From Nitrospirota bacterium (lineage in GTDB: Bacteria > Nitrospirota > UBA9217): DNA of 64,000 bases. The stretch lies in NCBI GenBank assembly GCA_963754875.1, contig CAVWHO010000016.1:320001-384000 (forward strand), given 5' to 3'. The notes under the pieces are model-generated. The model saw only the letters and a program-made list of their open reading frames with translations, was not told where the DNA came from and did no database searches. Shown in pieces: positions 43,209 to 53,057 of this stretch. The first letter of the stretch is position 1. Every line of letters starts with the position of its first letter. The position numbers were made by a program, and so were the translations under genes.

Positions 43209-43503
43209 GATGCGCCTTCTGCCAGAAGAAAAAGGGGCTGATCTGTTAAAAATCGTCTGTAAACTAATCTAACAGCATAGAATGGGATAGGCAAGCCATA
43301 GAGATGCTTTAGCAAAAATTGTTTCAAACCAGACCATCGCGTCGGAATAAATCTGAAATTCTATGAGTTTTTAACACGTGCGCAAATGGCAACGACTGAA
43401 CCCAGCTCAGGGTATTTGCCGACACTCGCAAGCAGGTTCTTGGGCCAGCCGTGACGTCGGCTAAAAAACGTGCAATATGCATTGTTCGACTTTAAACGCT
43501 CGC

Positions 43504-43587
43504 TCACGTCATCTGCGCACGGTGTACGAATAAATCGACCGTGGTCCCCCGTCCTGGCGCACTCGTGACCGTAATGTCGCCGTTCAT
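43504..43587 (-). pseudogene. Remnant resembling the C-terminal end of a histidine-kinase HATPase domain
   Basis: Translates to MNGDITVTSAPGRGTTVDLFV. Confidence 0.45.
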
Positions 43588-43700
43588 GTCTTGAAGGTAT
43601 CCGCAGATAACAACAATTATAGCAAAAGAAAAACGATGACGGAAAGAGCGGACGGTCTGCCTTTTTTACAAAAAAGCGAACAATGTCACATTCTGTCGTC

Positions 43701-43729
43701 TTGACAGGGAAACCAGCTGTACTTATACT
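43701..43729 (+). promoter_or_regulatory. Sigma70-type promoter of cydAB
   Basis: TTGACA-17 nt-TATACT, ~200 nt before cydA. Confidence 0.7.
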
Positions 43730-43927
43730 TTCAATTGTTATACTCTCTCCTCTCCTTTGCAGAAGGCCGCGGAATATTGTTTACAGACCGCAGAAAATAT
43801 CATATTCCTGCGAGAGTATGCAGCTGCTGTTCGGTGAAGTCGACTTGACGGAATAGAGCGGAGCACGAAAACAGAATCGGGCGCGGGGTGAGGCACCCGC
43901 GTTTCTGCTGAAAAGGGGGTTTAAACC

Positions 43928-45277
43928 ATGGATACCATTGCATTGAGCAGGCTGCAGTTCGCGATAACGAGCATGTTCCATTTCATCTTCGTGCCGCTCA
44001 CACTGGGACTCTCCATTTTGACGGCGTACATGGAGACACGGTATGTTAAGAGCGGCGACGAGATGTATCTCCGCATGACGAAGTTCTGGGGCAAGCTGTT
44101 CCTCATCAATTTCGCCCTGGGCGTGGTAACGGGCATCACGATGGAGTTCCAGTTCGGCATGAACTGGGCGGACTACTCCAAGTACGTGGGAGACATATTC
44201 GGCGCGCCCCTGGCCATTGAAGCGACGATGGCTTTCTTCCTCGAATCCGTGTTCATCGGGGTCTGGATCTTCGGCTGGAAGAGGGTTTCGAAGAAGGCCC
44301 ACGCCGTTTCCATCTGGCTGGTGGCGCTCGCAACGAACCTGTCGGCGCTCTGGATCCTGCTGGCGAACGCCTGGATGCAGAAGCCCGTGGGGTATGTGCT
44401 CCGCAACAACCGGGCGGAGATGGTGGATTTCGGGGCCGTGCTCCTGAACCCCTACGGATGGCTCAAGTTCATCCATACGGTTTCCTCGGGCTACGTGATT
44501 GCCGCCTTTTTTGTCATGGGGATATCTGCCTATCATCTCTTGAGGAAAAACGAGACGGACTTCTTCCGCCGCTCCTTCAAGATGGCGGCCGCTTTCGGCC
44601 TGGTAGCCACGCTCGTTGTGGCCGTGCTCGGGGATCTGAACGCCGTGCAGGTGGCCCGCTATCAGCCGACGAAATTCGCTGCCATGGAGGCGGTCTGGGA
44701 CACGCAGAAAGGCGCCGGGTTCAATATCTTTATCATTCCCGACACGGAGAAGGAGTGCAATTCGCTGGAAGGTCCCTGCATACCCAATATGCTCAGCTAT
44801 CTTGCCTTCCATAACGCAGACGCCGAGATCAGGGGCTTAAAGACATTCGCGAAAGAGGACCGGCCGCCGGTCTGGCCCACCTTCGTCAGCTTCCGGCTGA
44901 TGATCCTGATCGGTTTTGTTCTGATCGTTCTGGCCGCTTTCGGTCTCTTCTATGCCAGACGCGGGACGCTCGAACTCCATCCAAAGTTCCTCTTGCTCAT
45001 GCTCTTTTCGATCCCCTTGCCCTATATCGCGGGCCAGCTCGGCTGGATCGTGGCCGAGGTGGGAAGGCAGCCGTGGATCGTGTACGGCGTGCTCAGGACG
45101 TCCCAGGCCGTATCAAAATCGATCAGCGTCGTGCAGGTCTATGCGTCGCTCCTGGGATTCACTCTTCTTTACGGTGGGCTCGGCGTGGTGGATATCTACC
45201 TGCTGTCCAAGTTCGCCAGGAAAGGTCCTGACAACGACCTTTCTCACCTACTCAAGCCGGCAGAAAAGGAGGCGTAA
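43928..45277 (+). CDS. cydA: Cytochrome bd ubiquinol oxidase subunit I
   Basis: LSRLQFA..MFHFIFVPLT, GVVTGITMEFQFGMNW, QPTKFAAME, EVGRQPW. Confidence 0.96.
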   Translation: MDTIALSRLQFAITSMFHFIFVPLTLGLSILTAYMETRYVKSGDEMYLRMTKFWGKLFLINFALGVVTGITMEFQFGMNWADYSKYVGDIFGAPLAIEATMAFFLESVFIGVWIFGWKRVSKKAHAVSIWLVALATNLSALWILLANAWMQKPVGYVLRNNRAEMVDFGAVLLNPYGWLKFIHTVSSGYVIAAFFVMGISAYHLLRKNETDFFRRSFKMAAAFGLVATLVVAVLGDLNAVQVARYQPTKFAAMEAVWDTQKGAGFNIFIIPDTEKECNSLEGPCIPNMLSYLAFHNADAEIRGLKTFAKEDRPPVWPTFVSFRLMILIGFVLIVLAAFGLFYARRGTLELHPKFLLLMLFSIPLPYIAGQLGWIVAEVGRQPWIVYGVLRTSQAVSKSISVVQVYASLLGFTLLYGGLGVVDIYLLSKFARKGPDNDLSHLLKPAEKEA

Positions 45278-45278
45278 C

Positions 45279-46307
45279 ATGATACTCCAAATCATCTGGT
45301 TCGTTCTCTGGGCTGTTCTCTGGGCGGTCTACTTCATGCTCGACGGATTCGTACTCGGCATGGGCATGCTCTATCCCTATCTTGCGAAAAGCGACCAGGA
45401 CCGGAAGATCCTGATCACCACCGTGGGACCGGTGTGGAACGGCAATGAGGTCTGGCTTCTGACGGCGGGAGGAGCGACCTTTGCCGCATTCCCGGGGACC
45501 TACGCGCTCATGTTCAGCTATCTCTATACGGCCCTGCTGCTCCTGCTTTTCTCGCTCATCATCCGGGGCGTTTCACTCGAATTCCGGGGCAAGCTCGACT
45601 CTGCAGGATGGAAGAAGGCGTGGGACGCGGGCATCTTCATCGGCAGCGCGCTTCCGGCCCTCCTTCTGGGCGTGGCCTTCGGGAACATTTTCAGCGGCCT
45701 GCCCATGGACGCGGCGGGCTACCACGGATCGCTCCTGTCGCTTTTAAACCCCTACGGCCTCCTGACCGGCGCGCTGTTCGTCCTGCTCTTCTTGACCCAT
45801 GGGAGTCTGTACGTCTGCGTCAAGACCGAAGGGGCACTGTGCGATAAGTCTTCGGCAGCGGCGGGAAAAATCTGGACGGCCGAACTGCTCTTCGCCGTCG
45901 CCTTTTTGATCGCTACGGCCTTTGCCACGAAGCTCTACGACAACTACATGAGCACGCCGATTCTTTTGATCGTACCGCTCGTGGCCGTGGCGGCACTGAT
46001 CGGGATCAGGATTTTCCTCGCCCGCGGAAAACCGCTTCTGGCCTTTACCTCATCCTGCGTGACCATCGTCGCGGTCGTCTTCACGGGAGTGATCGGGCTC
46101 TTCCCGAACCTGATTCCTTCCAGCATCGACCCGGCCCATAGCCTCACGATCTATAACTCGTCATCGAGCGCCTACACCCTCATGATCATGACCGTGGTGG
46201 CGCTCGTGTTCGTGCCGATCGTGATCGGCTATAAGATCTGGGTCTACCGGATCTTCCGCTTCCGCGTGACCGCGGACACGGTCATGAAGAATGAACAGGC
46301 CTACTAA
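45279..46307 (+). CDS. cydB: Cytochrome bd ubiquinol oxidase subunit II
   Basis: YFMLDGF, GPVWNGNEVWL, GGATFAAFP, RGVSLEFR; ATG at 45279. Confidence 0.95.
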   Translation: MILQIIWFVLWAVLWAVYFMLDGFVLGMGMLYPYLAKSDQDRKILITTVGPVWNGNEVWLLTAGGATFAAFPGTYALMFSYLYTALLLLLFSLIIRGVSLEFRGKLDSAGWKKAWDAGIFIGSALPALLLGVAFGNIFSGLPMDAAGYHGSLLSLLNPYGLLTGALFVLLFLTHGSLYVCVKTEGALCDKSSAAAGKIWTAELLFAVAFLIATAFATKLYDNYMSTPILLIVPLVAVAALIGIRIFLARGKPLLAFTSSCVTIVAVVFTGVIGLFPNLIPSSIDPAHSLTIYNSSSSAYTLMIMTVVALVFVPIVIGYKIWVYRIFRFRVTADTVMKNEQAY

Positions 46308-46325
46308 GAATTGAAAAACGATCAC

Positions 46326-46360
46326 GGGAAGCCCCCCAAAGGGGCTTCCCCATTTCTTTC
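46326..46360 (+). terminator. Intrinsic terminator after cydB
   Basis: GGGAAGCCCC/GGGGCTTCCC 10-bp stem followed by a T-rich tail. Confidence 0.75.
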
Positions 46361-46585
46361 TCATCCCCTCCGGTTGATATATTTTGTCACAAATATATGC
46401 CTGACGCAGGGAGAATAACGATATCGATTGGGTATCTTGAGGGGAGGCTAACAAATACGGAATGGAACATGAAGCGTTTCAAAGACTGGAAACTGCAACT
46501 ACTTCAGGTATTCTTGACTGAAGATTCACTCGGCATTCTTATATCTCGCATTACCCCCCCGCGATGCGAAGAATTCCCAGAACAA

Positions 46586-47629
46586 TCATTCTGTGAACTC
46601 TTGTCTTAAAAATCCCCGATATAGTGTCGGGGCTTCTTCAAACTTAGACCAGAAGCCTTCATCATTTGCGAGGTCAGAGGCCTGATCGATTGCCGCAGTG
46701 ATGTCTCCTTTTAGACACTTACGAGTGCACAAGCTTGAAATCGGGCTGGTCGGTGTCAGGAAAACAATGCGACGCGGAGTAGAATTATTTTCCGGATCGC
46801 CTGAGAGTGCTTTTTTCACTTTGTTGATGATTTTTTTCAGTTTTTTATCTCCACGCTTATTAAGTGGATGGACGTTACTGAAAGCCGGGCAAGGATTGTT
46901 TTCAACTAATTCGTATCCGTGATAAATTCCCTGTCTAATAGCACGGATTTCCAAGAGGTCGTTAGCAAATTCAACCCTTAGGATTAATCGGAGATACCAT
47001 GGCAGCCGTCCAGTATCAGTACAAGTATTGTAGCAGAGGCGACTATTTGACAGAATGAAAATTGTGTCGCACTTGGCTTTGATCGCTTCGCCGAGAACGA
47101 ATGTTCCGCCATCCGAATGCCACTCCCCGTTAATCAATACCGGCGGCAAGAATCCTTGTAACCCGATAGCGGCAAGCATCAACTGCTTCAGTAATTTCGG
47201 ATTTTGACGTAAGTTTGGATCATGATTAGAAAAAATCTGGTGCCTTAACTTATTTTCGTTATAGGTTACAATTTGAAATTCTATCGGCGAAGCCACAATC
47301 GCTTCCAGATCAAGCTTCTCTACCAAATATTTAGATGCACCATCATTAGAAAAAAGATTCGGCCCCCTGAAATTTTTTAAAAAACCCGTCAAACTGTGCC
47401 CGAAGATCTTTTTTGATCCGAGTTGCTCAGTTTCCTTCCATTTTTTTTCTAAGGCATCAACATCCCAATTGGTGCCGATGAGATCGCCTCCAGAGAACAC
47501 TCCGACTGAAACGCTTTGGACAAAGACCGGTTTAATTCCCTTAACCGCCAGTGCTTTGGCAAAGCCAACGCCGTAAGCTCCTGTGAAACCTCCCCCGTTT
47601 AAAATCACCCCGACTTTACCAAGATTCAT
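46586..47629 (-). CDS. Patatin-like phospholipase (AT-rich gene)
   Basis: LNGGGFTGAYGVG, nucleophile elbow SVSVG (non-canonical first residue), SDGG. Confidence 0.8.
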   Translation of the reverse strand: MNLGKVGVILNGGGFTGAYGVGFAKALAVKGIKPVFVQSVSVGVFSGGDLIGTNWDVDALEKKWKETEQLGSKKIFGHSLTGFLKNFRGPNLFSNDGASKYLVEKLDLEAIVASPIEFQIVTYNENKLRHQIFSNHDPNLRQNPKLLKQLMLAAIGLQGFLPPVLINGEWHSDGGTFVLGEAIKAKCDTIFILSNSRLCYNTCTDTGRLPWYLRLILRVEFANDLLEIRAIRQGIYHGYELVENNPCPAFSNVHPLNKRGDKKLKKIINKVKKALSGDPENNSTPRRIVFLTPTSPISSLCTRKCLKGDITAAIDQASDLANDEGFWSKFEEAPTLYRGFLRQEFTE

Positions 47630-47852
47630 AATCGCCACTTCCTTTGTTCCTAGAATACTCGTTCAGGGAACTCATGTCTACAAGACACCCTTCCCGCGTT
47701 AGCTTGTGAAGGTTGAGTAGTTGTCACTCTACGAACCAACGAATTTGAATTTTAACCTCAGGTCAGAAACATATTTGTCTTCTCCAACGACTCTCGCTTC
47801 GTTGCAAGATTTATTTGAAAATGAACAATAACGGTTTCTTTAGTACAAATAC

Positions 47853-47868
47853 TGCAATGATTGTGCCT
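47853..47868 (-). promoter_or_regulatory. Sigma54 promoter, proximal, toward the patatin gene
   Basis: AGGCACAATCATTGCA = GG-N10-GC. Confidence 0.7.
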
Positions 47869-48117
47869 AAGCTAGAATCGTAGTCTTCTCGGTATGTTAA
47901 GTGATAACAAACCTGAATCCGGTGTCAAAAAAAAGACAAGCATTAAACGAGAAACCGTTCTCCCTTTTATGTAACCCGTAATCAGACCACAAGAAACGTT
48001 TCGATAAATCTAGAAAAAAAATATTTCCTAAGATATTCCCGGCATTTAAATCAACACATTCGTTGAAATATATGTCACGATCAGCGTTTCTTTTCGATCT
48101 GATTGCAGATGTTGTCC

Positions 48118-48133
48118 AGCAATGAACATGCCA
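48118..48133 (-). promoter_or_regulatory. Sigma54 promoter, distal, toward the patatin gene
   Basis: TGGCATGTTCATTGCT = GG-N10-GC. Confidence 0.72.
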
Positions 48134-48583
48134 CACAATTCACAATATTTCAGTCGAATATATACCTGATTTAATTCTATGTCAAACGTCGATGGGTATT
48201 TTTAGGGGAGATGCCAAAGAATTCTGAATGAATCTATACGAGTTTGGCGCACCTGAGAATGGAAACCTCAACGGCTAGGATGTAGTGTCGCACGAGATCA
48301 TGATTCCGGTAGGAACTGCGATCTCATGAATTCGATTTAGTCTTGGCCAGAAATCTCTCGTCTGGCCTGCATCTATTCGATTTCAAATTTTTAATTCCGG
48401 CCTGTCTGCGTCCGAAACGCACAGGAAGATTTGATGCATTAACCATAAAATTACTAAAAAGTGGCAGCCAAAAAGTGATATTGTGACAAAATTTGTCAAG
48501 AAAGACTTCCAAAAATTGTCCGTCCTTGTGAAAGAATACGACAAAATCTACTGAAAATCTTCCAAAACCAGCAACTCACTCAC

Positions 48584-48599
48584 AGGCATGCATATTGCT
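48584..48599 (+). promoter_or_regulatory. Sigma54 promoter of the small Cys-rich gene
   Basis: AGGCATGCATATTGCT = GG-N10-GC, ~60 nt before ATG 48658. Confidence 0.75.
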
Positions 48600-48657
48600 T
48601 TACAATGGTTTGTTATATGCCTTTTCTTGGTATGCCTGCTATGAAAGGGGGACAAGA

Positions 48658-48918
48658 ATGAATTGCTGGGAGTATAAAAACTGTCGGGAAGAGGTGTTCA
48701 AGATCTGCCCTGCATATCCTGAAAGCGGTTCCGCCTGCTATACGGTCACGGGTGTCAAGTGCGGCGAAGGCAAGGTAGAGTTTGCAAGCCTGGACGAGCA
48801 GGTCGCCCATTGCGGCAGGTGCGAGTTCTATGCGCACCAGCGCAATGGGATCAAGTACAGGATCGCGAGCACCGAAATCGTGCTAAATGACAACAGTAAT
48901 CCTGCAATACCGGATTAA
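48658..48918 (+). CDS. Small Cys-rich protein (NCWE...CPAY...C..V.G..C...C..CEFY; 'two-CW'-type domain)
   Basis: MNCWEYKNC...CPAYP...CYTVTGVKC...CGRCEFY; AGGGGG RBS. Confidence 0.75.
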   Translation: MNCWEYKNCREEVFKICPAYPESGSACYTVTGVKCGEGKVEFASLDEQVAHCGRCEFYAHQRNGIKYRIASTEIVLNDNSNPAIPD

Positions 48919-49110
48919 AGCATGTTCTCCAAGTCAAGCCCGGCGAGATTTCCCATTCGTTGCAACAGGGGATGTTTTTTTGGTTGCAAACTTCAGCCTA
49001 CGTTGTATACCGGCGGGTGCTCAGCTCGATGTTTTCATACAGCAAGGACTACCCAGATAAAACAAAACCGGGCTTAATTTAATTACTTGTACGGAAAGTT
49101 CCCGGTCCCT

Positions 49111-51168
49111 TCACGCCCTGTTCGTTTCTGTTCGTATTGACGTCTTTTCGATCACGAACAGAAGCTGGCCTTCCTGCACGGTCTCATTGAGCCTGGCGCA
49201 GACCTCGACGATCTGTCCGTCCAGGGGGGCCAGGATCGCGTTCTCCATCTTCATGGCCTCGAGGTTTGCGATCTCCTCGCCTTTGTGCACGATATCGCCG
49301 GCCTTGATCGGTCCGCGCGAGGGGTTGCCGATACGCCAGAGATTGCCGTTGATCCGCGCGCCGACGTTGTTCGGGCCTTTTGCCATCCTGGTCTCGGCCT
49401 TCTTGGCACGCGGGGTCATGACGGAATAAACCCGCGTCTTATTATTGACCCGCATCACCACGTGGATAACGCCTTCATGCTCGGCGCCGATCGACACGAG
49501 CTCGATGGCATAGGGCTTGCCCCAGTGCTCGAAATCCACGCGGTCCCCTGGCTTGGTAAGCCCTTTTCGCCAGACATTGGTCGGCAACGCAAGTGGTGCC
49601 TCGCCGAATTTTGCCCGGAACTTCAGGAACTCCAGGGCGTCCTTCGGGTGCATGAGATAGAGAATGAACTCTTCCTCGGTGCTCTCCCTGCCAATGTCCT
49701 CCTTCAAATTCCTGCGCAGTTTGTCCAGGTCGTCAACAGGCATCGAGTCGAGTGGCGATACTTCCTTGCGCTCCTTGATCCTGGCCTCCCATTCCTCGCC
49801 GAAGGTGCTTTTGTAGACCCATTCCGCCGGCCATCCCACCGGGAGTTTGCCGTAATTGCCGAGCAGTAGACTTTTGAAGTCCCCGGGAGCGGCACGGAAG
49901 AGCAGGAGCAGCTCGTCCTGTTCAGCTGCGTTCATGGCATCAAAGCTCTGTGCTTTGTCGAGGACGAATTTCGTTAAAAGGTCAATGATATGCTTTACTC
50001 CACGGTCACCCTGCTCTTTCGCATAGCGGTTCACGATCCCGCTGCAGGTGACCCAAGTGATCTGAGAGCCCGGCGTCACATCAAAATATTTCACGATCCT
50101 GTTATACAGGGACATCACCTTCAAAATCGCAGGCATGAGATGAAGGAATTCTCCCTGGTGGGCCTGCTCAAAAGAACTGGGGAAGGCGCCTCCCGGCATA
50201 CGGTGAAGCGTTACCATATGGTCGAGTCCTTTGAACGGCGACTCGGCCCACTCGTAATGGCCGATCCACTCCCGCACTTTTTGGACCGCGGACTCTGCCT
50301 GGGGCCTGTTCAGATGTACCGGGATGCCGGACTCCTCAAAAATCGCCTGGACTGCAAGGATCGGCGAATGGCCGTAGAAACGGACGAGCGAGTCTTCCTC
50401 CACGTCGAAGATCGTGGCGCCGGCCTTTGCAGCGGAGAGGAAAGCAGGCACAGCGAGGCCGTCTGTAATATGGCGGTGATAGTTGATCACGAGCTTCGGA
50501 TACTTCTGCTTGATCGCGTCGATGAGATTACCGATCCTGCTCACGTCGCCGACGCCTGCCATGTCCTTGACGCACAGCACGATCTCGTCGATCCCGCCGC
50601 ACAGGTCCACCATGTCCTTGACCACGCCGAGGTAGTACTCGTTCGTGGCCCAATCTGCCGAGGTGAAAGAGATGGTCGGCTCGAACAACCGTCCCCGCTT
50701 CATGACCACTTCGGCAACGGAGCGCATGTTCCGCACGTCGTTCAGGAACGAGAAGCACCGCCAGACATCGATGTCCACGTTGGAAACGGCATACTCAATG
50801 ACGTTCTTCGGATAGGGTCGGTACCCCCAGAGGTTCGTCTCTCGGATCAGGGTCTGCTGCAGCACGTTCGGCATGAGCTCCCGGAGGATGTGCACCTCTT
50901 CGAAGGGGCTCTCCCGTCGGTTCATGATGCCCACGTGCCAGCGCGCGCCGCCGTGCGTCTCTGCACTGAAGAGGCCCATGATATTGTAGAACGGCGCCAG
51001 GGTCTTCAGGTCGTAGATACGGTGACGGTTCTTAAAGTCCGACTGGCCCGCGTCTCGCATGCCGACCGAGGTGAGACAGACCCCTTTCAGTGAGCGGACC
51101 GCAGAGACAATCTCTTTCGGCGACATGCCGGGTTTGACGAAGACACTATTGCCCATTCTTTCCCTCAC
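49111..51168 (-). CDS. Carboxyltransferase plus biotin-carrier subunit of a pyruvate-carboxylase-like enzyme
   Basis: RDAGQS, VKDMAG, YHRH metal site, HRMPGG, DVTPGSQ, biotinylation motif EAMKME. Confidence 0.88.
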   Translation of the reverse strand: MRERMGNSVFVKPGMSPKEIVSAVRSLKGVCLTSVGMRDAGQSDFKNRHRIYDLKTLAPFYNIMGLFSAETHGGARWHVGIMNRRESPFEEVHILRELMPNVLQQTLIRETNLWGYRPYPKNVIEYAVSNVDIDVWRCFSFLNDVRNMRSVAEVVMKRGRLFEPTISFTSADWATNEYYLGVVKDMVDLCGGIDEIVLCVKDMAGVGDVSRIGNLIDAIKQKYPKLVINYHRHITDGLAVPAFLSAAKAGATIFDVEEDSLVRFYGHSPILAVQAIFEESGIPVHLNRPQAESAVQKVREWIGHYEWAESPFKGLDHMVTLHRMPGGAFPSSFEQAHQGEFLHLMPAILKVMSLYNRIVKYFDVTPGSQITWVTCSGIVNRYAKEQGDRGVKHIIDLLTKFVLDKAQSFDAMNAAEQDELLLLFRAAPGDFKSLLLGNYGKLPVGWPAEWVYKSTFGEEWEARIKERKEVSPLDSMPVDDLDKLRRNLKEDIGRESTEEEFILYLMHPKDALEFLKFRAKFGEAPLALPTNVWRKGLTKPGDRVDFEHWGKPYAIELVSIGAEHEGVIHVVMRVNNKTRVYSVMTPRAKKAETRMAKGPNNVGARINGNLWRIGNPSRGPIKAGDIVHKGEEIANLEAMKMENAILAPLDGQIVEVCARLNETVQEGQLLFVIEKTSIRTETNRA

Positions 51169-51305
51169 ATAAAACTTGGTCCGGACAAACCGGTGCTAAA
51201 TAAACTTATGTAACCACAGATGAACACGGTAATGCTTTTAGGAAATAGGTCATAGATTAAAACCGTGAACGTTTTTACCGTCTGCGACGCAGTCGCCTGT
51301 GGTTA

Positions 51306-52763
51306 TTACATCCACTTCTGCGGACCCAAAGCCGAGATCTCCGCCACATATCGTGCGATCTTCAGCACTTCGTCTTCGCTGTTCCGCTCCTGGAACATGG
51401 AAATCAGCTCGTTCATGTGCTCCTCGATGAACCGCGTCGAAAAATCCCCGGCGATAAAGGCAGGGTGCCGGATGATGCTGAGCAAAAGCGGCGCAAGGGT
51501 CTTCACGCCCTCGACGCGAAGGTTGCTGCTGATCGAGCGGTCCATTGCCCGCACCGCGTCTTCCCGATCGGCGCCCGCGGTCATCAGGAGCATGAACAGC
51601 GAATCGTAATAGGGCGGGATGTCGGCGCCCTCGTAAATGCCGGAAGCCACGCGCACACCGGGCCCCATCGGTGTCTGGAGCCGGGTGACCGTGCCGAAGG
51701 ACGGGCTGAAGGTCTTCGGGTCCTCGGCATTCAAACGGACTTCCAATGCCCACCGGTTCGGCCGTATGTCGGACTGCTGGAAGGGCAGCTTTTTACCGGT
51801 CACCGCATCCAGCATAATGCTGACGATGTCCAAACCGGTGATCAGTTCCGTGATGCCGTGCTCCACCTGCAGCCGTGTGTTCACTTCCAGAAAATAAAAC
51901 TTGCGTGTCGCGGAGTCAAAGATGAACTCCACAGTGCCGGCCGTGGTATAGCCGATGTCGCGCATCAAACGCGTTGCGGTGAAGCAGATCTCCTGCCGCA
52001 GGCCGTCATCGAGGGTTGGAGAGGGCGCTTCTTCCATGATCTTCTGGTTCCGGCGCTGGAGTGTGCATTCCCGTTCGTAGAGATGGACCACGTTGCCCTG
52101 TTCGTCGGCTACGATCTGGACCTCGATATGCCTGCCGCGTTCGATATATTTTTCGACCAGGATGGTCTCGTCTCCGAAGGCCTTCTTGGCCTCCGAACGC
52201 GCCTGCGCAAGGCCCTGGGCCATCTGGTCATCGTTCTCGACCTTTACCATCCCCTTGCCGCCTCCGCCAGCAGCAGCCTTGATCATGATCGGGAACACGA
52301 CCTTCTCGTCGCGCATCCACTTTTTGATCTGCTCGATGTCGCTGACATTGCTGATGCCCGGAATCGTGGGAACATTTGCCTTCTGGGCAAGCACCTTTGC
52401 CTGGATTTTGTCCCCCATCATCCTTATGACCTTGGGTGAAGGCCCCACCCACGTGAGCCCCGCGTCAATCACCTTTTGCGCAAAGATCTCGTTTTCAGCA
52501 AGGAACCCCCAGCCCGGGTGGATCGCATCGGACTTGCTCCGAAGCGCGGCATCGATCATTTTGTCCATATTGAGATAGGACTCGACCGGCGGCGCCTCGC
52601 CGATGTGCACGGCGGCGTCGGCCATGAACACGTGGTGCGCCAGCCGGTCAGGCGTGCTATAAACGGCCGTGGTCAGTATCCTCCGGTCCCTGCAGGTATG
52701 CATGATCCGGACAGCGGGAACACCGCGATTAGCAATCAACAACTTTTTTATCGTTCTGTTCAT
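51306..52763 (-). CDS. Biotin carboxylase subunit (PycA/AccC family)
   Basis: LLIANRG, IHPGWGFLAEN, KAAAGGGGKGM, ERECTLQRRNQK, FLEVNTRLQVEH, PPYYDS. Confidence 0.93.
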   Translation of the reverse strand: MNRTIKKLLIANRGVPAVRIMHTCRDRRILTTAVYSTPDRLAHHVFMADAAVHIGEAPPVESYLNMDKMIDAALRSKSDAIHPGWGFLAENEIFAQKVIDAGLTWVGPSPKVIRMMGDKIQAKVLAQKANVPTIPGISNVSDIEQIKKWMRDEKVVFPIMIKAAAGGGGKGMVKVENDDQMAQGLAQARSEAKKAFGDETILVEKYIERGRHIEVQIVADEQGNVVHLYERECTLQRRNQKIMEEAPSPTLDDGLRQEICFTATRLMRDIGYTTAGTVEFIFDSATRKFYFLEVNTRLQVEHGITELITGLDIVSIMLDAVTGKKLPFQQSDIRPNRWALEVRLNAEDPKTFSPSFGTVTRLQTPMGPGVRVASGIYEGADIPPYYDSLFMLLMTAGADREDAVRAMDRSISSNLRVEGVKTLAPLLLSIIRHPAFIAGDFSTRFIEEHMNELISMFQERNSEDEVLKIARYVAEISALGPQKWM

Positions 52764-52999
52764 TACCTGACACCTTTCCGGAGGGACTGTTCCGTCGTTT
52801 CGTGAACAATGATTTTTTCCCAAATCGTTCTCTTTGTCAAGAACTGATTTTAAAAAAGTGCTTTTTTTGCAGCGACTCGGGTCCGAACCCAGAGAAAAAT
52901 GGAATAAAAGGGAGCACAGTTTGGACGGTATTGCCGTTTCTCTCTTTCGGCCTTCTCTCCCCCCGTTCTCCTGACGGGATTGTTTGGCCTGCCGAAAGT

Positions 53000-53031
53000 A
53001 AAAAAAAGCCCTGTGCAGGTTGCACAGGGCT
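53000..53031 (-). terminator. Intrinsic terminator
   Basis: AGCCCTGTGCA/TGCACAGGGCT 11-bp stem with a poly-T tail on the minus strand. Confidence 0.8.
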
Positions 53032-53057
53032 GAAAAGACTTTGTTCTCTGCTACGGA

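Noticed and set aside
44952..45278. 109-aa N-terminal extension of CydB in the ORF track
   Set aside because: It overlaps cydA; the real start is ATG 45279, after an AGGAGG RBS.
46586..47629. Patatin as the effector of a CBASS anti-phage system
   Set aside because: No CD-NTase or cap2/cap3 genes are adjacent; the only nucleotidyltransferase is a minimal MNT paired with HEPN 16 kb away.
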